Shown in pieces: positions 16,567-23,211 of a stretch of DNA of 23,211 nt. The stretch covers positions 1-23,211 of the forward strand of contig JAZDDZ010000020.1 of the NCBI GenBank assembly GCA_043809245.1. Direction: 5' to 3'. The translations under genes and the position numbers were made by a program. The notes beneath the pieces were generated by a model. It had not been told where the DNA came from. It did no database searches and saw nothing but the letters and a program-made list of their open reading frames with translations. How positions within the stretch are numbered: the first letter of the stretch is position 1; every line of letters starts with the position of its first letter. Source of the DNA: Candidatus Iainarchaeum sp. Its GTDB lineage: Archaea; Iainarchaeota; Iainarchaeia; Iainarchaeales; JAZDDZ01.

Positions 16567-17187
16567 TCACTTTTTTTTGCTTTTCAGGTATTCGCGTGCC
16601 TTTTCGTCCACAATGTCCTTTAATCCCAAGCCAAGCGCTATCGCTATCCCCAATCCGAGTGATGCCACGATTATCAGGAAAATGCTGTTAAGGAAATCAA
16701 TGTTTATGCGGATTATTGGCAAAGCTATTGCAAGAGAAATGTAGACTATTATGGAGAAGATTATTTTGGAGAGTATTTCCGCGTAATCAATGTTTAGCTC
16801 GTCAATTTTTTTTGACAGGGTGCTTGCAAGCGCGTAACCCCCTATGATTATGATTATTGCCGCAAGAATATTCGGAATGAATGCAAGGATTGCAGAAACA
16901 ATTGCCGCAGCGCCTATCAGCCCAAGCTGCGTGAATGCGGCTTCAATTGCAATCAGGTAAATTATCGCATTCAATGCAATCGCGATAATGTGCGTGATTT
17001 TGATTCTTGTCGAAGCGTTCTTTTCAATTCTTTTCTCAAGCCCGTCCAAAAACCTCAGCCTGTAAACAACAGCGCTCACTATTTTTGCGGCAATGAATGC
17101 AACCACAAGGTAAAGCAGCGCCAGAGCCAGATTGTACAGCAGCACGCGGAATTCCGCGGGAATGAAGCCCAAAAACTCTAAAACCAT
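16567..17187 (-). CDS. Membrane protein with MscS-type conserved TM-helix repeats (CmpX-like)
   Basis: AFIPNILAAIIIIIGGYALA and ALGLGLKDIV motifs with about 5 TM segments. No MscS beta/C-terminal domain. Confidence 0.7.
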   Translation of the reverse strand: MVLEFLGFIPAEFRVLLYNLALALLYLVVAFIAAKIVSAVVYRLRFLDGLEKRIEKNASTRIKITHIIAIALNAIIYLIAIEAAFTQLGLIGAAAIVSAILAFIPNILAAIIIIIGGYALASTLSKKIDELNIDYAEILSKIIFSIIVYISLAIALPIIRINIDFLNSIFLIIVASLGLGIAIALGLGLKDIVDEKAREYLKSKKK

Positions 17188-17247
17188 ACAAGAACACCTG
17201 CGTGATTTTATTTAAACCTTTCCCTGCGCATAAAAAGTTTTCCAGCT

Positions 17248-18618
17248 TTAAACGTACAGCAGCAGCTCGGATAAATCGCTTATCTGCACGTCGGCTTTTT
17301 TTGCAATGTTCCTTTCCGCGTTGAACGCAATTCCCAATCCCGCTTTCTTCAGCATGCATTCGTCCTCTATGCTGTCCCCAACTGCAATGCTTTCAGAGGC
17401 ACCTGCGTTCGCTTCCTTTAAAATTCTGCCAAGGATTACGGCTTTGCACTGCATTGCGCCGTGGAATGAACAGCTTTTCTTCCCTGTCTTGCTGAATGAA
17501 ATCCTTCCGGTGAAAGCCTTTCTTTTTATCTGCAGCTTCGGGCACCTGAAACTTTCAATGCCGAGCTTTTGCGCAAAGAATGCAACTATTGGCTCGAATG
17601 AATGCGAAACAATCGCTAGCCTGTAACCGCTTGTTTTCAGTTTTTTAACTACTTTTTCCGCGTTCTTCTGCAGGCGCATTTTCTGCAGAATCAGCGCAAG
17701 GTCCTCGGTTTTTTTTCCATTGAAGTGCCTTGCAATCGCCTGGCTTAACTCGAATTCCTTTAACTCGCCTTTCTGGAGCCTTCCATTTAATTCAAGCAGC
17801 TCAGCCTCAAAGCCCCATTCTTTTGCAATCACCTCAAGGCTGTCATCTGCGATGAGCGTCTTGTCCAAATCAAATACAATTATTTTCCTGTTTTTGCCTA
17901 GTACGCCCGCCTTTTCAAGTATGGTTTTCGAAACCTGTTCTGCCATTGGAACCAGGCCAATCCATGTCTTGTGCCTGTGCTCTATTTTTCCGATGAACAC
18001 TTCCTTGAGCCTTGCGCCTTTTTTTGTGGCGTCAAGCAGAATGCCAACATCAACGCCGTAATCGTTCGCTATCGGCATTTTTTCAAGGATTTTCCGCCTT
18101 GCGCTGAACTGTCCGCTCAAAGGCTGCCTTATGGTTTCCCCAAACAAGTGCTTCATTAACGGGTTTGCCACCAGCTGTGTTACCCTTCCCGCAGCCCTTT
18201 CAAAATCCCCTTTCACAATGTCTGCTTCATTGAAAGCCAGGGGCTCCACTAAAAGGTCAACTGCCTTTGGATTCAGGTCCTTTAAATCTGCATCAACAAA
18301 GCATAGAATCTGCCCCTTTGATTTCTCTATGCCTGTCTTTATCGCCGCGCCTTTTCCCCTGTTTTTTGAATGAGAGAAAACAATCGCCCCGGCTTTCCGC
18401 GCTTCTTCTGCGGTTTCATCCTTTGACCCGTCATCCACTACAATTAATTCGTCAACCCACTTGTTTTTCTTCACTATTTCGATTACTTTTCTTATTGTCT
18501 TGCATTCATTGTACGCGGGAATTATCACGCTTACAGAAGGCCTTGAAAGGTACTTGTGCCAGAAGCGCCTTGCGTGGTAAAAAAAGCCACTGTTTTCTTC
18601 TCCGCTAAAACCATTCAT
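17248..18618 (-). CDS. Fusion of a GpgS/MpgS-like glycosyltransferase (GT-A fold) with a SerB-like HAD phosphatase
   Basis: VIIPAYNE, VDDGSKD, NRGKG, DAD, GRVTQLVANPL, QPLSGQF and YGVDVGILLD, followed by FDLDKTL, IVSHS and VGDSIED. ATG 18618 preferred because TATA lies 26-33 nt upstream and it avoids overlap with the divergent gene. Confidence 0.85.
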   Translation of the reverse strand: MNGFSGEENSGFFYHARRFWHKYLSRPSVSVIIPAYNECKTIRKVIEIVKKNKWVDELIVVDDGSKDETAEEARKAGAIVFSHSKNRGKGAAIKTGIEKSKGQILCFVDADLKDLNPKAVDLLVEPLAFNEADIVKGDFERAAGRVTQLVANPLMKHLFGETIRQPLSGQFSARRKILEKMPIANDYGVDVGILLDATKKGARLKEVFIGKIEHRHKTWIGLVPMAEQVSKTILEKAGVLGKNRKIIVFDLDKTLIADDSLEVIAKEWGFEAELLELNGRLQKGELKEFELSQAIARHFNGKKTEDLALILQKMRLQKNAEKVVKKLKTSGYRLAIVSHSFEPIVAFFAQKLGIESFRCPKLQIKRKAFTGRISFSKTGKKSCSFHGAMQCKAVILGRILKEANAGASESIAVGDSIEDECMLKKAGLGIAFNAERNIAKKADVQISDLSELLLYV

Positions 18619-18643
18619 TGCCCTAAAATTGGCGTTAATACTC

Positions 18644-18657
18644 CTTAAAAATTTAAA
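18644..18657. promoter_or_regulatory. Bidirectional TATA region between the GT-HAD fusion and the stand-alone HAD gene
   Basis: CTTAAAAATTTAAA lies in the middle of a 56-nt gap, about 25-30 nt from both start codons. Confidence 0.5.
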
Positions 18658-18674
18658 GCCATCCAATTCTCTCA

Positions 18675-19334
18675 ATGAATTCATGCAAAAAAGCGGAAAA
18701 ATCCGCGGGAATCGCGTTCTTTGACTTGGATAAAACGCTTATACGGGAAAGCAGCATTGAAGCAATATCCAAGCGTTTTGGCTTCTTCAGGGAACTGAAA
18801 AAACTCAGGGCAAAGCTGAAAAAAGGAAAAATAAAGGATTTCCAAATCACCCTCTCGCTAGCTGAAATTCTCAAGGGAAGGAAAAAAAGCGAAATAACCG
18901 CTGCCTGCAAAAAAATTCATCTGCAGAAAAACGCGAAAAAAACAATTCATGGCCTTAAAAAAAAGGGATTTGAAATAGCCATTGTCTCGGTTGCATTTTC
19001 ACCCGTTGTACGGTTTTTTGCAAAAAAGTTTGGAGTTAAAATAGCAGCCTCTCCAATGCTTGAATCCGATGCGAAAGGCATTTTCAACGGAAAAGTGCTG
19101 CCAAAAAAAAGGCATTCAGGAAGCTGCTGCGGCAATTTCATCTGCAAGAGCCGTGAGGCAAAAAAACTAATGAAAAAACTGAAAATTGGGCGGAACAATT
19201 GCATTGCGGTTGGAGACGGCACAAGCGACAAATGCCTTTTCCGCGCCTGCGGGAAAGCATTCGCGTTGAATCCAAAGGTCAGGATTGGTGGAAAAAAAAT
19301 CAGGGATTTAATCGAAGTGCTGCGCTTCGTTTAA
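18675..19334 (+). CDS. SerB-like HAD phosphatase, paralog of the HAD domain of the neighbouring fusion
   Basis: FFDLDKTL, IVSVAF, CKS and VGDGTSD motifs. Confidence 0.85.
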   Translation: MNSCKKAEKSAGIAFFDLDKTLIRESSIEAISKRFGFFRELKKLRAKLKKGKIKDFQITLSLAEILKGRKKSEITAACKKIHLQKNAKKTIHGLKKKGFEIAIVSVAFSPVVRFFAKKFGVKIAASPMLESDAKGIFNGKVLPKKRHSGSCCGNFICKSREAKKLMKKLKIGRNNCIAVGDGTSDKCLFRACGKAFALNPKVRIGGKKIRDLIEVLRFV

Positions 19335-19348
19335 TTTGCGCGGCGGGT

Positions 19349-21661
19349 TCAGAAAACTTCTTCCGCGTAATGCCCGCGCGTGAACTTCGCGAACTTCTTC
19401 AGCGGCTTTTTTCCCTTTCTTTTTTCAGCGAGGAATTCCAGCGCATCCATTGCCTCCGCTTTCTCCGTTGCAGTGAAGTCCAATGCAACCATTCCGAACC
19501 CGGAAAACTTTTCAAGCTCGAAAAGCATGTCAACAGGCAAAGGGTTAAAGATGCGCATTATCCCCTGCTCATCAAAAAACACTTTGTAGCGGAAGTCCTT
19601 CCTGTCCGACAATTCGTATTCTTTCTGCATTTTTTCTTTTGCGTAAGCCCTTGAAACCATCAGGCAAGGGTAAAAGAAAACAAGCGGAACAAGCCTTTCG
19701 CGAAAAGGCATTTCATTAAGCTGCCTGATTGACAATTCAACGGATGGAACGATTTTTTCCGCGCCCAAATCCACGAGCAGTTTCACGGAAAGCGAATTGA
19801 ATGCATTCAGTTCCCTGCCAGCCCAAAAGCGCACCTTGCTTTTAACAGCAAGCTGCAGCGCGCCCAAATTTGAGCAAACAATTCCCTTTGCTTTTTTCAA
19901 AAACCTTTCCTCAAATTCGCGCAAATCCTCATCAGACTGAATCTTCGGCGATTTCACGTAATCAGATTCATTCGGCAAAAAACCGCTGCAGACAACCTCA
20001 TCAGCATTCTTTGCGCTTTCCTCCAGCAATTCCTTGTTGTCAAGGAAAACAACTGTTTTTTGCGCGCCTTTTTCCATTGCCCCGTTTGCCTCAAATGAAA
20101 GCAGTTTTTCTTTTTTCTCCGCAAAACCTTTTTCATCCACCTTGCGCCTGTATTCCAGGAAAAGCTTTTCGCGCATTTCACGCATTATCTTGTTCTTGAA
20201 TGCCTTCAGCACGCTTAAAGGCACGAAAGGCTTTCCTTCAATTTCACAGCTGAATTTTCCAGTTGAAAAGAAATCGCTTTCCTTGAACAGCTTTCCCCCA
20301 AGCATTTCCCTAGTCGCCTTTATTTTCTCGGATTCATTTGGAACAAAATCGTGCAGAATCTCCGCATTAATTCCCGCAAATTTAGCCCTAGCATGCAATT
20401 GTTTTCCCGCTGCCGCGGAAACATGCAAATCATATTTCACCGCGGAATTTTTCTTTATTGACGAATAAGCGAAGTCCTTCAGCTTTTTGCTTGACGTGAA
20501 GTAAAGCCTTTGCCCTTCCTCGAGGTAAGGCTTTTTTCCGGTCTGCACCAGAACAGTTTCCCCTTTGAGCGCCTTGAAAACAGCTTTTTTTCCCTTGAAT
20601 ATTTTAACCGCGCTGAACTCCTCCACCTCATCGCCTTTCACGTGCGCGAACCTGTCCCACTGGAAAAGATTTTCATAAAGCTTTAACCTAACCATTGCCC
20701 CCGCGAAACCCAGGACCTCTGCTGCCAGAAGCCCCTTGCGCGCGGAAGCAGCGGGATGCACCAATTCGTTTTCACCCAAAATATGCCCTCTAGTCGGCTC
20801 GCGCATGAAAGCGATTTTCATCAGCTTCACATCCCCCTCTGAAAGCCTTTCTTTTGCATTAAAGCACGCATCAATTGCGTGCCTGTAAGCGCGCGCAACC
20901 GCTGCAACATACTCAACGCCCTTCAGCCTTCCCTCCACCTTGAAAGAATCAATTCCCGCTTCAATCAATTGCTTCACATTGTAGGCTGTCATCAAATCCT
21001 TCATCGACAAAACAAACCCGCTTCTGCTTTCCTTTCCCCCCTTTCCCTTCAGCGTGTAAGGCAGGCGGCAGGGCTGCAGGCACATCCCCCTGTTGCCGGA
21101 TTTCTTGAACAAAAAGCTGCTGAAAAGGCACTGGCCCGAATAAGAAAAGCACAAGGCGCCGTGCACAAAGCACTCAATCTCCGCCCCGCAGTTTTTCTTT
21201 ATTTCCCTTATTTCTTTCAATGAAAGCTCTCTCGCCAAAACGATTTTTTTCACGCCCAATTCTTCCAGAAACTTTGCGCCCGCGCTGTTATGGCATGTCA
21301 ACTGCGTTGAGGCATGCAGTTCAAGTTCAGGCAGCAATTCGCGCAATGCCTTAATCAACCCCAAATCCTGAACAATCACTGCATCGATTCCGAGCGTGAA
21401 AGCGTTTTTCGCGGTTTCAATTGCTTCACTTATTTCGGAATCTTTGATGAGGATGTTCAGCGCCAAGTATGCCTTTTTTTTGTGCAAATGGCAGAAATCA
21501 ATCGCATCCCTTAACTGTTCCCCTGCGAAATTTTGCGCGGGAATCCTTGCATTGAATTTTTTTGCGCCAAAGTAAACAGCGTCAGCTCCGTTAAGGACAG
21601 CGGCCTTTAACGCATCCATTGAGCCGGCGGGAAGAATGAGTTCGGGTTTTCTGTAATCCAT
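19349..21661 (-). CDS. Long-form U32-family protein (RlhA/TrhP-like Fe-S RNA hydroxylase family, 'collagenase-like')
   Basis: PELILPAG, GADAVYFG, HASTQ, LARELS, FVHGALCFSYSGQC...NRGMCLQPCRLPY and KVEGR, with a degenerate second U32 half ending TRGHY. Confidence 0.9.
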   Translation of the reverse strand: MDYRKPELILPAGSMDALKAAVLNGADAVYFGAKKFNARIPAQNFAGEQLRDAIDFCHLHKKKAYLALNILIKDSEISEAIETAKNAFTLGIDAVIVQDLGLIKALRELLPELELHASTQLTCHNSAGAKFLEELGVKKIVLARELSLKEIREIKKNCGAEIECFVHGALCFSYSGQCLFSSFLFKKSGNRGMCLQPCRLPYTLKGKGGKESRSGFVLSMKDLMTAYNVKQLIEAGIDSFKVEGRLKGVEYVAAVARAYRHAIDACFNAKERLSEGDVKLMKIAFMREPTRGHILGENELVHPAASARKGLLAAEVLGFAGAMVRLKLYENLFQWDRFAHVKGDEVEEFSAVKIFKGKKAVFKALKGETVLVQTGKKPYLEEGQRLYFTSSKKLKDFAYSSIKKNSAVKYDLHVSAAAGKQLHARAKFAGINAEILHDFVPNESEKIKATREMLGGKLFKESDFFSTGKFSCEIEGKPFVPLSVLKAFKNKIMREMREKLFLEYRRKVDEKGFAEKKEKLLSFEANGAMEKGAQKTVVFLDNKELLEESAKNADEVVCSGFLPNESDYVKSPKIQSDEDLREFEERFLKKAKGIVCSNLGALQLAVKSKVRFWAGRELNAFNSLSVKLLVDLGAEKIVPSVELSIRQLNEMPFRERLVPLVFFYPCLMVSRAYAKEKMQKEYELSDRKDFRYKVFFDEQGIMRIFNPLPVDMLFELEKFSGFGMVALDFTATEKAEAMDALEFLAEKRKGKKPLKKFAKFTRGHYAEEVF

Positions 21662-21676
21662 AAACTAACCACAAGA

Positions 21677-22060
21677 CTAAATTATTTCAACGTTTTCAAG
21701 GCCCTTGAAATGGCTGTCCTTTGTTTTTATTTCCGAGCCCGTAATTTCAGCTGTTGCCTTTATTACCGAGTCAGCCATTGAAAGGCTGTGGGCAAGGCTT
21801 ATTTCAGCGGCATGAACCGCAATCCTTTCATTCAATGGAATTATTTCCGTGGCATCAATTATGTATGCTATTGCCTCGCTGGCCTTCTGCTCGCTTAGCT
21901 CTTTTTTTATTTTCTTGTAAACCTCGAACAAAACCAGTGAAGGCGTTTTGTAGGCGCTTTTTTGGGCTCTGCCAATTATTTCCGCGGCTTTTTTCGCCTT
22001 GGGGCCTCCCGCGAAAAACTCTATCCAGACGCTGCTGTCAACCAAAACGTTCGCTTTCAT
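21677..22060 (-). CDS. vapC: VapC-family PIN-domain toxin
   Basis: VLVDSSVWIEFF, LFEV, LSMADSVI and TKDSHF acidic PIN motifs. Confidence 0.9.
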   Translation of the reverse strand: MKANVLVDSSVWIEFFAGGPKAKKAAEIIGRAQKSAYKTPSLVLFEVYKKIKKELSEQKASEAIAYIIDATEIIPLNERIAVHAAEISLAHSLSMADSVIKATAEITGSEIKTKDSHFKGLENVEII

Positions 22061-22250
22061 CCCTTAACCCCTTCAGCGAAACGCCCTGTGCCAAGCCCAT
22101 TGCGCCCTTTATGTCGCCTATCCTCACAAGCTCAATGCTGTTTCCCTTTTCAATTATCACAAGCTTCTGGCCGCTTTTAAGATTCAAGTCCTCCCTTGTT
22201 TTCTTGGGAATGACTATCTGGAATTTTTCCGACAAAGTCACGGTTTCCAT
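22038..22250 (-). CDS. vapB: AbrB/MazE/SpoVT-family antitoxin
   Basis: TVTLSEKFQIVIPKKTREDLNLKSGQKL motif. Overlaps vapC. ATG 22250 is preceded by GGTGGT. Confidence 0.88.
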   Translation of the reverse strand: METVTLSEKFQIVIPKKTREDLNLKSGQKLVIIEKGNSIELVRIGDIKGAMGLAQGVSLKGLRDESERFG

Positions 22251-22294
22251 TAAATACCACCTGATAAAACCAGGCAGCAAACAATATTTAAATC

Positions 22295-22326
22295 TTACTT
22301 TTAGCCTATCGATGGCTAAAACGTAA
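22295..22326. promoter_or_regulatory. Hairpin/palindrome TTTTAGCC-TATCGAT-GGCTAAAA (terminator of the upstream gene or TA operator)
   Basis: 8-bp perfect arms at 22299-22306 and 22314-22321, extendable by TTAC/GTAA. Lies next to ATTTAAAT (TATA-like, 22286-22293). Confidence 0.5.
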
Positions 22327-22346
22327 TAACTAGTTCCTGTTGTGTT

Positions 22347-23027
22347 TTAGGCGCTCTCCTTTTCCGCCTGCTCTGCTTTCTCAACATCTTTTGCCGAAAT
22401 CCCAAACAGCATTTGCTTGAAGAAAAGCAGCACCCTTAACGCCCACTCAAGCAATACCATGAACAAAAGGTACGCTGCTATCTGGGGAATGAACTTCGGT
22501 ATTTCACCAAGCCTTTGCCCTAACAGGTCAAGCGAGAAAAAAGAAGGCTCGACTATTGCAACGCCGAGAAATGCAAAGGGAATCAGCTTTGCCATGTCCT
22601 TTGCAAGGTCATCCGAGTAATAGGACACAAGCCTGATGGATGCAACGAATGTAACTGAGATAAGCAGTATCTGCGTCGTGTCAATGTTTTTTGCCATCAA
22701 AAAAAGCAGCACTGAGAAGCCGCCGAACCAAAGGAAAACAATGAACGGGAAAATCATGCCGTACTCGAATAGCCTTACAATGAACTTCATTATTGACGGC
22801 GAGAGGCTCGTCTTGTTGTGGTATTTCGCAAGCCCTGTCTCGAATACATCCCTTTTCGCCACAAAACGGTAAAAATTGAACACAAGAAACCCGTAAGCCG
22901 CAATTGAAAACATCAAAGTGACAACCATGGGCAGCATTGACGCAAAATTCGGGTAAACAATTTCAACGTAAGGCAATACCGCGTGCCACAAGCCGCTGAA
23001 AAAAGCCATTAACCCTTCTTCCGCCAT
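22347..23027 (-). CDS. Hypothetical integral membrane protein (~5 TM)
   Basis: Hydrophobic segments with FYRFVAKRD and YYSDDLAKDMAKLIPF. CTTTAAAA on - lies about 25 nt upstream of ATG 23027. Confidence 0.75.
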   Translation of the reverse strand: MAEEGLMAFFSGLWHAVLPYVEIVYPNFASMLPMVVTLMFSIAAYGFLVFNFYRFVAKRDVFETGLAKYHNKTSLSPSIMKFIVRLFEYGMIFPFIVFLWFGGFSVLLFLMAKNIDTTQILLISVTFVASIRLVSYYSDDLAKDMAKLIPFAFLGVAIVEPSFFSLDLLGQRLGEIPKFIPQIAAYLLFMVLLEWALRVLLFFKQMLFGISAKDVEKAEQAEKESA

Positions 23028-23070
23028 GAAAAAATAAGGGCTTACCACTTTTAAAGCTTTTCCAAAAAAT

Positions 23071-23211
23071 GTAACAGTTTAAATTTCTCCCGTTAGTTGG
23101 GGTGTTATGATGTCTTGGAGTGTTTGGGGGTATTCCAAGCCTCTGGTTTTGCTGGTTGCGTATATTGAGGCTTGCATTTCGTAGCTGTGCATGTGGACAG
23201 TGCTTCTGTTT
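23071..23211 (-). mobile_element. Right end of a second, different IS66-family element (partial)
   Basis: Begins GTAACAG at 23071 (IS66-type terminus), 8 nt after the stop of a transposase-like frame. Confidence 0.75.
23079..23210 (-). CDS. IS66-family transposase, C-terminal fragment (5' part outside window)
   Basis: Hand translation gives NRSTVHMHSYEMQASIYATSKTRGLEYPQTLQDIITPQLTGEI*, resembling the IS66 C-terminal NRS...E..xS+xxT.+.RG pattern. Not in the ORF track. Confidence 0.7.
   Translation of the reverse strand, partial: NRSTVHMHSYEMQASIYATSKTRGLEYPQTLQDIITPQLTGEI

Noticed and set aside
18675-18684. Two divergent ORFs both starting MNS from the palindrome ATGAATTCAT (10-nt head-to-head overlap)
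   Set aside because: The minus-strand ATG at 18618 has a correctly spaced TATA and removes the overlap, so the palindrome is probably incidental.
19349-21661. Literal collagenase/protease function for the U32 protein
   Set aside because: There is no signal peptide, and characterised U32 members with this Cys cluster are Fe-S hydroxylation enzymes.

Overview
A 23.2-kb, gene-dense archaeal segment. The archaeal-type ribK/ribC, TATA boxes about 25 nt upstream of start codons, a PEF-CTERM-like tail and an AAA_14/DUF4143 ATPase point to an archaeon, and a DPANN lineage such as Iainarchaeota/Diapherotrites is my inference only. Each end of the window runs exactly 141 nt into the 3' end of a different IS66-family element; neither is in the ORF track. 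From left to right it holds a riboflavin operon (wHTH-riboflavin kinase, ribC, ribH), a Na+/Ca2+ antiporter, and a pyruvate/2-oxoacid dehydrogenase cluster (lipA, pdhA, pdhB, pdhC). That cluster is split between pdhB and pdhC by a 7.3-kb block with two paralogous secreted Cys-rich multidomain proteins flanking an AAA+ ATPase. Further right are two hypothetical proteins, an NADPH-dependent FMN reductase, an MscS-type TM-helix protein, a GpgS-like glycosyltransferase-HAD phosphatase fusion with a divergently transcribed paralogous HAD, a long U32-family protein, an AbrB/VapC toxin-antitoxin pair and a membrane protein. The most notable structure is the secreted pair. They carry four copies of one ~270-aa jelly-roll (polysaccharide-lyase/lectin-like) domain that are crosswise mosaics, an exchanged central module, and a 3' block that is 178/179 identical at DNA level, which suggests recombination-driven diversification of surface proteins. 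No rRNA, tRNA, CRISPR array or reverse transcriptase was seen.
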